From assembly GCA_030731855.1 (NCBI GenBank), contig JANQTG010000143.1, positions 20,617-84,616 on the forward strand: a stretch of DNA of 64,000 nt. Reading direction: 5' to 3'. Both the position numbers and the translations under genes were made by a program. The notes below the pieces were generated by a model. The model saw only the letters and a program-made list of their open reading frames with translations, was not told the DNA's origin and searched no databases. The number at the start of each line of letters is the position of its first letter. Position 1 is the stretch's first letter. Source of the DNA: Cellulophaga sp. (GTDB taxonomy: Bacteria > Bacteroidota > Bacteroidia > Flavobacteriales > Flavobacteriaceae). Positions 48,940 through 57,421 of the stretch are shown here, piece after piece.

Positions 48940-51777
48940 ATGGCAGACCAAAAAAGACTTTTTTTACTTGATGCTTACGCATTAATTTTCCGTGGCTACT
49001 ATGCATTAATTAAAAATCCTAGAATAAACTCTAAAGGTATGGATACCTCTGCTATTATGGGGTTTATGAACTCCCTTTTAGATGTGATAAGACGAGAAAA
49101 ACCAGATCATTTAGCGGTTTGTTTTGATAAAGGTGGTAGTGCAGAACGCACAGAACTATTTCCAGAATATAAAGCAAATCGCTCTGAAACACCAGATGCT
49201 ATCCGAATAGCGATACCTTATATCCAAGATATTTTAAAAGCGATGCACATTCCTGTTGTGGTTTTAGAAGGTTGGGAAGCCGATGATATTATTGGTACGC
49301 TCGCGAAACAGGCCGAAAAAGAAGATTACAAAGTTTTTATGGTAACGCCCGATAAGGATTTCGGACAGTTAGTTTCTGAAAATATATTTATGTATCGCCC
49401 GGCGAGAATGGGTAATGGCATTGAGATTTGGGGAATTCCAGAAATTCAAAAACGTTTTGGAGTGGAACGCCCCGAACAGGTTATTGATTATTTAGGAATG
49501 ATGGGCGATGCTAGTGATAATATTCCAGGACTGCCTGGTGTTGGCGAAAAAACAGCAAAAAAATTCTTAGAAGAATTTGGCACCATGGAAAACCTTTTAG
49601 CAAATACCGATAAGCTAAAAGGAAAAATGAAAGAGAAAATCGAAGAAAATGCAGAACTTGGTTTATTGTCGAAAAAACTAGCTACTATTTGTGTGGACTG
49701 TGATGTAACTTTTAACGCGAAAGACTATGAACTTTCTACACCCGATGCCGAAAAAGTTCAAATGCTGTTTGAAGAATTAGAGTTTAGACGCCTGAAAGAT
49801 CAATTTTTAAAGTTATTTTCAGGTGAAGATACCGAAACAGCAACACAAGTAACAAGCACCCCTACTGCCAAAGCACAAGCTAAAGAAGCTGGTGGCGGAC
49901 AGTTTTCATTATTTGGAGGCGACCCAAGTACGGCCGCAGAAACCATACAAGAATACTCGAGTAGAAAAACTATAAAAGATGTTGCCCATGTATACCAGAG
50001 CATAGCGCCTGGCATGGGCATGAAATTGTTTTTACAAAACCTAATGCAACAAACTTCGGTTTGTTTTGATACAGAAACTACCGGTTTAGATCCGCTTACG
50101 GCAGAATTGGTTGGGATTGCTTTTTCTTGGGAAGCCTTTAAGGGTTATTACATTCCGTTTCCAGAAGATAAAAACGAAGCGCAAAAAATCATAGAAGAAT
50201 TACGCCCTTTCTTCGAAAATGAAGCAATAGAAAAAATAGGTCAGAATTTAAAATATGATATCAAAGTTTTAGACAAATATAAAGTACCCGTAAAAGGAAA
50301 ATGCTTCGATACCATGTTAGCGCATTATCTAATAAACCCAGATATGCGACATAATATGGAAGTTTTAGCAGAAACCTATTTGAATTATACACCTGTTTCT
50401 ATCACCGAATTAATCGGCAAAAAAGGAAAAAATCAGCTGAATATGCGCGATGTTCCTTTAGATAAGCAAACAGAATATGCGGTAGAAGATGCTGATGTTA
50501 CTTTTCAATTAGCCCAACATTTTAAGCCAGAATTGGCAGCCGCAAAAACCGAAGATTTATTTAATGATATTGAAATTCCGTTATTACATGTATTAGCTAA
50601 TATGGAATTAGAAGGTATTAATTTAGATGAAAAATTTCTAAACTCTCTTTCTGAAGATTTGAATAACGACATTAAAAATTTAGAATTAAAAATTTACGAG
50701 CAAGCTGGCGAGGAGTTCAATATTGCTTCTCCGAAACAATTAGGTGACATTCTATTTGATAAATTAAAATTAGTTGCCAAACCTAAAAAAACAAAAACTG
50801 GTCAGTATTCTACCGCCGAAGATGTGCTTTCATACTTAGCAAAAGATCACGAAATTATAAGTAATGTTTTAGAATATAGAGGATTAAGTAAACTAAAAAG
50901 CACCTATGTAGATGCGTTACCAAATCAAGTAGAACCTACGACAGGTCGCGTACATACCGATTATATGCAAACCGTTGCCGCCACAGGGCGTTTAAGCAGT
51001 AACAACCCTAACCTTCAAAATATCCCTATTAGAACAGAAAGAGGCCGACAAGTTCGGAAGGCTTTTGTTCCAAGAGATGAAAATTACACCTTACTGGCTG
51101 CAGATTATTCTCAGATAGAATTGCGCATTATTGCGGCTTTAAGTGAAGAAACAACCATGATTGAAGCTTTTAAAAATGGTGAAGACATTCACGCTTCTAC
51201 GGCTTCAAAAGTATTTAATATTCCGATTGATGAAGTAACACGAGAGCAACGGAGCAATGCAAAAACGGTTAATTTCGGAATTATATACGGTGTTTCTGCC
51301 TTCGGACTCAGCAATCAAACAGATTTATCCAGAGCAGAGTCAAAAGATTTAATTGATGCATATTATAAAACCTATCCTAAACTTAGGAATTACATGAGCG
51401 AGTTGGTCGATTTTGCACGCGATAATGGCTATGTACAAACCGTATTAGGTCGTCGTAGGTATTTAAAAGACATCAATGGAAGCAATGCAATTGTTCGTGG
51501 TGCCGCAGAACGTAATGCTGTAAACGCTCCAATTCAAGGTAGCGCAGCAGATATTATTAAAATTGCCATGATCAACATCTACAGAAAATTAGAAGAAGGT
51601 AATTATAAAACCAAAATGCTTTTACAAGTGCATGATGAATTGGTTTTTGATGTATATAAGCCCGAGCTTGAAGAAATGAAAGTACTTATTAAAACAGAAA
51701 TGGAGAACGCCTATACTTTAAGCGTTCCATTAGACGTTGAAATTGGTGTTGGTGAAAATTGGTTGGTAGCGCATTAA
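48940..51777 (+). CDS. polA: DNA polymerase I
   Basis: 5' nuclease (LFLLDAYAL, EADDIIGT, GDASDNIPG), 3'-5' exonuclease FDTETTGL, polymerase motifs ADYSQIELR, AKTVNFGIIYG, QVHDEL. Confidence 0.99.
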   Translation: MADQKRLFLLDAYALIFRGYYALIKNPRINSKGMDTSAIMGFMNSLLDVIRREKPDHLAVCFDKGGSAERTELFPEYKANRSETPDAIRIAIPYIQDILKAMHIPVVVLEGWEADDIIGTLAKQAEKEDYKVFMVTPDKDFGQLVSENIFMYRPARMGNGIEIWGIPEIQKRFGVERPEQVIDYLGMMGDASDNIPGLPGVGEKTAKKFLEEFGTMENLLANTDKLKGKMKEKIEENAELGLLSKKLATICVDCDVTFNAKDYELSTPDAEKVQMLFEELEFRRLKDQFLKLFSGEDTETATQVTSTPTAKAQAKEAGGGQFSLFGGDPSTAAETIQEYSSRKTIKDVAHVYQSIAPGMGMKLFLQNLMQQTSVCFDTETTGLDPLTAELVGIAFSWEAFKGYYIPFPEDKNEAQKIIEELRPFFENEAIEKIGQNLKYDIKVLDKYKVPVKGKCFDTMLAHYLINPDMRHNMEVLAETYLNYTPVSITELIGKKGKNQLNMRDVPLDKQTEYAVEDADVTFQLAQHFKPELAAAKTEDLFNDIEIPLLHVLANMELEGINLDEKFLNSLSEDLNNDIKNLELKIYEQAGEEFNIASPKQLGDILFDKLKLVAKPKKTKTGQYSTAEDVLSYLAKDHEIISNVLEYRGLSKLKSTYVDALPNQVEPTTGRVHTDYMQTVAATGRLSSNNPNLQNIPIRTERGRQVRKAFVPRDENYTLLAADYSQIELRIIAALSEETTMIEAFKNGEDIHASTASKVFNIPIDEVTREQRSNAKTVNFGIIYGVSAFGLSNQTDLSRAESKDLIDAYYKTYPKLRNYMSELVDFARDNGYVQTVLGRRRYLKDINGSNAIVRGAAERNAVNAPIQGSAADIIKIAMINIYRKLEEGNYKTKMLLQVHDELVFDVYKPELEEMKVLIKTEMENAYTLSVPLDVEIGVGENWLVAH

Positions 51778-51802
51778 TTAGAGGAATTAAAAAACACTAC
51801 AC

Positions 51803-51855
51803 AAAAAGAGCCAGGAATCAAGATTTTTAGATCTTGCCTCCTGGCTCCTTTTTTT
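51803..51855. terminator. Bidirectional terminator between polA and the lipoprotein gene
   Basis: GAGCCAGGA..CAAGAT / ATCTTG..TCCTGGCTC with flanking A and T tracts. Confidence 0.75.
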
Positions 51856-51929
51856 CTTTACCTCTTAAGAAGATCTCAAAACTACAATTGAAGGTAAGCC
51901 CTTAAGAAACGTTTTTGGATAAAATTTAC

Positions 51930-52427
51930 TTATTGCTTTTTAAATAAAGCATTAGTACCAGTTAAATTATCAGCATTGATAACTTCTCCGGGCACCGTCA
52001 ATGTATCACCGTCGATGCTAATACTTACGGTTACTTTTCTACCCTTTCCATCAATAAATGATAATTTATCACCCTCAAGAGACCAAACACTTGAACTAGC
52101 TTGTACATTTTGAGGACATTGAATTAAAAGCCCAGTTCCTCCAGAGTTTACACTATTACCAGTTTCTGTAAAATCTCTAAAAGATGCCGTAACCGTTTGA
52201 TCTTCTTTAAAATTATAATTTAAAATATCACATCCCGAGGCTACCAAAACAGTCAATATATCATTAGCCAATTTAATATTTCCGCTAGCATCAGTGGCTT
52301 CAATCTTTGAGAATTTCCAGACACCAACTAAAGCTGTTGATTCTAGCATAACATCTTCATCCTTATCCTCAGAACAAGAAAAAGTAAGGGAGGCACAAAC
52401 CATAAGGGCTAAAATTATTCGTTTCAT
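51930..52427 (-). CDS. Lipoprotein with lipocalin-like fold
   Basis: Lipobox TFSC followed by acidic SEDKDED; LVGVWK and W.L.GD.L motifs. Confidence 0.75.
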   Translation of the reverse strand: MKRIILALMVCASLTFSCSEDKDEDVMLESTALVGVWKFSKIEATDASGNIKLANDILTVLVASGCDILNYNFKEDQTVTASFRDFTETGNSVNSGGTGLLIQCPQNVQASSSVWSLEGDKLSFIDGKGRKVTVSISIDGDTLTVPGEVINADNLTGTNALFKKQ

Positions 52428-52609
52428 TTTAATTTTATTTAATTATATTGTTGAAAGATTATAACGTTTTAAGGATTAAATTATTTCAAGGAATTATCAT
52501 TTTTGAAATTTATAGTCTACAAGACTAAAAATTTGCAGCTCTCTTTAACAGGTAAACAAACACGAAAAACCTCAAGTTTAAAAAAAAAGAAATTATTTAG
52601 AAACAAGTA

Positions 52610-52640
52610 TTTGTATTTCAAGTTTATTAATGTACATTTG
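52610..52640 (+). promoter_or_regulatory. Sigma-A promoter of the rplM-rpsI operon
   Basis: TTTG(52610)-N19-TACATTTG(52633), an exact consensus. Confidence 0.85.
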
Positions 52641-52686
52641 CACCCCAATAAACGGGATTTAAGTGTTTAATAAATAAAAAAATACT

Positions 52687-53142
52687 GTGGACACATTAAC
52701 TTACAAAACAATTTCCGCGAACAAAGCAACTGTTGATAAACAATGGGTGTTGGTAGATGCAGAAGGAGAGACATTAGGTCGTTTTGCTTCAAAAGTGGCA
52801 AAAATATTAAGAGGAAAATACAAGCCAAGCTTTACACCGCACGTAGATTGTGGAGATAATGTAGTTGTTATCAATGCTGAGAAAATAAACTTGACAGGTA
52901 ACAAGTGGGCAACCAAAACGTATGTTCGTCATACAGGCTACCCAGGTGGACAAAGATTCCAAACTGCTTCTGAGGCTTTAGCAAAAAACCCAATTAGCAT
53001 TGTAGAGCGTTCTGTAAAAGGAATGTTACCTAAAAATAGACTTGGTGCTGCGATTTTTCGCAACTTGAAAGTTTACGAAGGAACTAAGCACGGACAAGAA
53101 GCTCAGAAACCAACTGTTATTAATTTAAACGACCTTAAATAA
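52687..53142 (+). CDS. rplM: 50S ribosomal protein L13 (GTG start)
   Basis: W.LVDA, LRGK.KP.FTPHVDCGD, HTGYPGG, GMLPKN.LG. Confidence 0.99.
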   Translation: MDTLTYKTISANKATVDKQWVLVDAEGETLGRFASKVAKILRGKYKPSFTPHVDCGDNVVVINAEKINLTGNKWATKTYVRHTGYPGGQRFQTASEALAKNPISIVERSVKGMLPKNRLGAAIFRNLKVYEGTKHGQEAQKPTVINLNDLK

Positions 53143-53528
53143 TGGACGTAATTCACAAAATAGGAAGAAGAAAAACGGCTGTTGCACGTGTATATCTTTC
53201 ACAAGGAGACGGTAAAATTACCATTAATAAGAAAGACTTAGCGGTATATTTCCCTACGGCAACTTTACAATATAAAGTTAAACAAGCATTTTCTTTAACC
53301 AATACAGATGACACTTACAATGTAAATGTAAATGTTTTTGGCGGTGGTATTACTGGACAAGCTGAAGCAATCCGTTTAGCATTATCTAGAGCATTGTGCG
53401 AAATAGATGCTGAAAACAGATTAATTCTGAAGCCAGAAGGTTTGCTTACAAGAGATCCAAGAATGGTTGAACGTAAGAAATTTGGTCAGAAGAAAGCTCG
53501 TAAGAAATTCCAGTTCTCTAAACGTTAA
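53142..53528 (+). CDS. rpsI: 30S ribosomal protein S9
   Basis: GRRKTAVARV, GGG..GQA.AIR, LTRDPRMVERKK.G..KARK.FQFSKR; TAATG overlap with rplM. Confidence 0.99.
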   Translation: MDVIHKIGRRKTAVARVYLSQGDGKITINKKDLAVYFPTATLQYKVKQAFSLTNTDDTYNVNVNVFGGGITGQAEAIRLALSRALCEIDAENRLILKPEGLLTRDPRMVERKKFGQKKARKKFQFSKR

Positions 53529-53534
53529 TATTTT

Positions 53535-53650
53535 ACTGAATCTACTTATCGGCAGACAGGTTAAATTCAGTTTATCATAAAATTAAAAGGTGCTATGCAA
53601 GTAGCACCTTTTATAAGTTCATTGAAAACCAATTCCGAATACTTCGGAAT
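53535..53650. repeat. Cluster of small palindromic (REP-like) elements between rpsI and rpsB
   Basis: ACTGAA[20 nt]TTAAATTCAGT at 53535-53571; AAAAGGTGCTA/TAGCACCTTTT at 53585-53612; ATTCCGAA-TAC-TTCGGAAT at 53632-53650. Confidence 0.6.
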
Positions 53651-53711
53651 CTAGGTTAAATTTTAAAAATCAAGTTGTTGTTGTCCAAAAGGTAAACAGC
53701 TTTTTGGAAAC

Positions 53712-53790
53712 TAGTTTAGCATCTAAATATAGAAGGCCACCAATTAATACGTGCCACTTCTTTATTGCTAATTCAACAGAACGTAAACTA
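53712..53790 (+). promoter_or_regulatory. Structured rpsB leader (candidate S2 autoregulatory element)
   Basis: Potential pairings TAGTTTA/TAAACTA, TTAGCA/TGCTAA and AGAAG/CTTCT immediately 5' of the AUG. Confidence 0.5.
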
Positions 53791-53801
53791 AGTACAAAAA
53801 A

Positions 53802-54863
53802 ATGGCAAACAAAATTGAAGTAAAAGACCTTTTAGAGGCAGGTGTACATTTTGGTCACCTAACAAGAAAATGGAATCCGAACATGGCTCCTTACATCTAC
53901 ATGGAGCGTAACGGTATTCACGTTATCAATCTTTACAAAACTGCTGCAAAATTAGAAGAAGCTAATGAAGCTCTTAAAAAAATAGCAGCGTCAGGTAGAA
54001 AAATTCTTTTCGTAGCAACTAAAAAGCAAGCAAAAGATATCGTTTCTGAAAAAGTTTCTAAAGTAAACATGCCTTACATCACTGAAAGATGGCCAGGTGG
54101 AATGTTAACTAACTTCGTAACTATTCGTAAAGCTGTTAAGAAAATGGCCACTATCGATAGAATGAAAAAAGATGGTACATTCTTAACTTTATCAAAGAAA
54201 GAACGTTTACAAGTAGATCGTTTACGTGCAAAATTAGAAAAAAACCTAGGTTCTATTTCTGAAATGACGCGTTTACCAGGCGCTTTATTTATTGTAGATA
54301 CAATGCGCGAGCATATTGCAGTAAAAGAAGCTATCAAATTAAAAATTCCAGTTTTCGCTATGGCAGATACTAATTCTGATCCGCGATTATTAGATTACAT
54401 TATTCCATCTAACGATGATGCTTCAAAATCTATCGAAGCTATTTTAACTCATGTTACCGATGCAATTGCTGAAGGTTTATCTGAACGTAAATCAGAAAAA
54501 ACTTCTGAAAAAGAAGGTAGCGATGTAGAAAAAGCACCAAAGAAGAAAAAAGCTGATAAAGATGGAGAAGCAAAAGTTGCTGCTCCGGTTAAAAAAGAGG
54601 CTGACGTTCAAGTTGACGACTTAACAAAAGTAGAAGGTATAGGACCAAAAATTTCTCAGATATTTCAAGATTCAGGCATCCACACTTTTGCTGATTTAGC
54701 AGCGAAATCAGAAGATGATTTAAAAGAAATTTTAGAAGAAGCTGGTCCTAAATACGTATCTAAAAATCCTGCTTCATGGCCAAAACAAGCAAAAATGGCT
54801 GCTGAAGGCAAATGGGATGAATTAAAGGTTTGGCAAGATAACACTAAAGGTGGTATCGAGTAA
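53802..54863 (+). CDS. rpsB: 30S ribosomal protein S2 with C-terminal HhH-type extension
   Basis: AGVHFGH..RKWNP, RWPGGMLTN, DTNSDP, PSNDDA, plus about 125 extra residues. Confidence 0.98.
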   Translation: MANKIEVKDLLEAGVHFGHLTRKWNPNMAPYIYMERNGIHVINLYKTAAKLEEANEALKKIAASGRKILFVATKKQAKDIVSEKVSKVNMPYITERWPGGMLTNFVTIRKAVKKMATIDRMKKDGTFLTLSKKERLQVDRLRAKLEKNLGSISEMTRLPGALFIVDTMREHIAVKEAIKLKIPVFAMADTNSDPRLLDYIIPSNDDASKSIEAILTHVTDAIAEGLSERKSEKTSEKEGSDVEKAPKKKKADKDGEAKVAAPVKKEADVQVDDLTKVEGIGPKISQIFQDSGIHTFADLAAKSEDDLKEILEEAGPKYVSKNPASWPKQAKMAAEGKWDELKVWQDNTKGGIE

Positions 54864-54909
54864 AAATTTTCACCCATCCCGAAGTTCAGGGTACTGAAAA
54901 TAACTAAAA

Positions 54910-54965
54910 CCTCTTAAAGAAAGAGGAAAAAAAATCCCGTTTTAATTGAAAAAATTAAAACGGGA
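54910..54965. other. Tandem hairpins in the rpsB-tsf spacer
   Basis: CCTCTT/AAGAGG at 54910-54926, an A8 run, then a 13-bp stem TCCCGTTTTAATT/AATTAAAACGGGA at 54935-54965. Confidence 0.7.
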
Positions 54966-55054
54966 ATACTAAAAAATAACATCAAGTAAAATAGATTTTT
55001 GCCTTCACTGAAATAAATTCAGAAAAAGGCATAATTGAAAATAAAACTTTAATT

Positions 55055-56014
55055 ATGGTAAAAATTACCGCTGCAGAAGTAAATAAATTAAGACAAGCTA
55101 CAGGAGCTGGAATGATGGATTGTAAAAATGCTTTAGTGGAAGCTGAAGGAGATTTTGACAAAGCTATTGATGTACTTCGTAAAAAAGGACAAAAAGTTGC
55201 AGCAAAAAGAGCTGATAGAGAAAATACAGAAGGTGCTGCTATTGCAAAAGTAAATGCTGATAACACATCGGGTGTTGCTATTGTTTTAGGTTGTGAAACT
55301 GATTTTGTTGGTAAAAACGAAAACTTCGTAGCACTTGCAAATCAACTTGCAGATAAAGCTTTACATTTTGATACTAAAGAAGACTTTTTAGCGTCTGATT
55401 TTGGTGGCATGACGGTTGCTGATAAATTAGTAGAACAAACAGGTGTTATAGGTGAGAAGTTAGCTATTACTGGTTTCGAAAAACTAAATGCTCCTTATGT
55501 TGGTAGTTATGTACACATCAACAAAATTGCTGCTTTAGTTGGTTTAACTTCAAAAAATGAAGAAGTAGGTAAAGATGTTGCTATGCAAATTGCATCAATG
55601 GGTGCTACTACTTTATCTTACAAAGATTTTGATGATGCTTTTGTAGCCTCAGAAACGGAAGCTAGAATCGCTGTAATTGAAAAAGAAAATGAAGAATTAG
55701 GCCGATTAGGAAAAACACTTAAAAATGTACCTAGTTATATTTCAATGAGTCAATTGACTCCTGAAGTTATGGCTAAAGCAGAAGAAGTTGCTAAAGCTGA
55801 ATTAAAAGCAGAAGGCAAGCCAGAACAAATTTGGGATAAAATTCTTCCAGGAAAAATGGATCGTTTTATTTCTGATAACACCACTCTAGACCAAGAACAG
55901 TGTTTATTAGATCAAAACTTTATTAAAGACGATAAAATAAATGTAGCTACTTATGTATCATCTGCACAAGATGGTTTAGCAGTAACGTCATTTAAACGTG
56001 TTACTTTAGGATAA
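55055..56014 (+). CDS. tsf: Elongation factor Ts
   Basis: LRQATGAGMMDCK.AL, LRKKG, CETDFV, IGEKL, FKRVTLG. Confidence 0.98.
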   Translation: MVKITAAEVNKLRQATGAGMMDCKNALVEAEGDFDKAIDVLRKKGQKVAAKRADRENTEGAAIAKVNADNTSGVAIVLGCETDFVGKNENFVALANQLADKALHFDTKEDFLASDFGGMTVADKLVEQTGVIGEKLAITGFEKLNAPYVGSYVHINKIAALVGLTSKNEEVGKDVAMQIASMGATTLSYKDFDDAFVASETEARIAVIEKENEELGRLGKTLKNVPSYISMSQLTPEVMAKAEEVAKAELKAEGKPEQIWDKILPGKMDRFISDNTTLDQEQCLLDQNFIKDDKINVATYVSSAQDGLAVTSFKRVTLG

Positions 56015-56035
56015 TATCCAAATAAATTAATAATT

Positions 56036-56072
56036 AAAAAAGCCGTTACACTTTTCAGTATAACGGCTTTTT
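56036..56072. terminator. Bidirectional terminator between tsf and waaA
   Basis: Stem AAAAAGCCGTTA/TAACGGCTTTTT. Confidence 0.85.
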
Positions 56073-56088
56073 ATGTTTCACCTTTTTT

Positions 56089-57327
56089 CTAGAATTCTAA
56101 CGTATTTAGATAGCTCATAATAATAGCTGTTGCACCTTTGTTCTTCATAATGTAGTCCGTATTTATATTTTTGGTTTCATTATAATAAGTTTTATCGCTG
56201 ATCAATTGACCCATCTGCTTATTGAATTCCTCAAAATTTAAAATAGAGATGACTCCCTTATTGGCTACTAAATCTTCTGCTTCTTTAAATCCGTTATATT
56301 TAGGCCCTATTAATACTGGAATGCCAAAAACAGCTGGTTCTAAGGTATTGTGAAGTCCTGTGGCAAAACCTCCACCAACATAAGCAAAATCTGCATAACT
56401 ATATACTTTGGTTAATAAACCAATGGTATCAATAATTAAGACATCAAACTGAGAAACATCCTTGGTCTGTAATTCAGAATATAAAATCACTTTCTTTTTT
56501 ATAGATATTGCCAATTTTTCAATAGCATCTTGCTTTATAGTATGCGGCGCAAAGACAAATTTTATATTTTCGGTAGATTTATTAATATAAGTTGTTAAAA
56601 TAGCTTCGTCTTCTGGCCAAGTACTCCCAGCCACAAAACAAAGATTTTGTTGCTTAAATTCTTCCATAAAATCGAGCTGGTTGTCTTGTTCCAAAATTTT
56701 CAAAACCCGATCAAAACGGGTATCTCCACTTATACTCACATTATTGAAACCAATAGTACTGAGTAAATTTTTAGATGATTCATCTTGTACAAAAAAATGG
56801 GTGAAAGTAGTCAGACTCCTTTTTAAAAAAAATCCGTAAAATTTAAAGAAAGCCTGATGCTTATTAAAGATAGCGGAAACTAATATGGTTGGTATTTTCT
56901 TCTTTTTTAGAATTGAAAGATAGCTAGGCCAAATCTCGTATTTTACAAAGATGACTAACTTTGGATTCACAAGATCGATAAAAGTTTTAGCATTTTTTAA
57001 AGTGTCTAAAGGTAAATAGGTCACTAAATCCGCCGCTTTTGTTTGCTTTTTTACTTCATAGCCTGAAGGAGAAAAAAAAGTCACTAAAATGCTGTGATCT
57101 ATGTATTGCTTTTTTAGAGCATCAATTATGGGTAAACCCTGTTCAAATTCTCCTAGAGAGGCGGTATGAATCCAGATAACCTTAGCCTTTTCTAAAATAT
57201 TTTCTTCTAAATAAGTAAATACCTCTTTCCTTCCATCAACAAATAATCTTAGTTTAGGACTAAAAATTGCTGCTATTTTCAAAAAAAAGCTAGCTATATA
57301 AACGAAGTAATTATAAATAATATGCAC
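56089..57327 (-). CDS. waaA: 3-deoxy-D-manno-octulosonic acid (Kdo) transferase
   Basis: WIHTASLGEF, YLPLD, KYEIWP, AGSTW..DE, DTIGLL, YVGGGF, HNTLEPA. Confidence 0.93.
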   Translation of the reverse strand: MHIIYNYFVYIASFFLKIAAIFSPKLRLFVDGRKEVFTYLEENILEKAKVIWIHTASLGEFEQGLPIIDALKKQYIDHSILVTFFSPSGYEVKKQTKAADLVTYLPLDTLKNAKTFIDLVNPKLVIFVKYEIWPSYLSILKKKKIPTILVSAIFNKHQAFFKFYGFFLKRSLTTFTHFFVQDESSKNLLSTIGFNNVSISGDTRFDRVLKILEQDNQLDFMEEFKQQNLCFVAGSTWPEDEAILTTYINKSTENIKFVFAPHTIKQDAIEKLAISIKKKVILYSELQTKDVSQFDVLIIDTIGLLTKVYSYADFAYVGGGFATGLHNTLEPAVFGIPVLIGPKYNGFKEAEDLVANKGVISILNFEEFNKQMGQLISDKTYYNETKNINTDYIMKNKGATAIIMSYLNTLEF

Positions 57328-57421
57328 TTTGATAATCTTTGCGACTAAATTACACTTCTTTATAGAATTACATGGATGCTTGTGCTACTTTTTGTAATTT
57401 TACAAGGCTAAATAATATAAG

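Noticed and set aside
55640-55800. Longer helical insert in EF-Ts
   Set aside because: Insert length varies widely among bacterial EF-Ts; nothing here points to a new function.
56015-56088. No pyrH-frr after tsf, and no oxidase subunit III in the cox operon
   Set aside because: These genes are often elsewhere in Bacteroidota, so absence from one window is uninformative.
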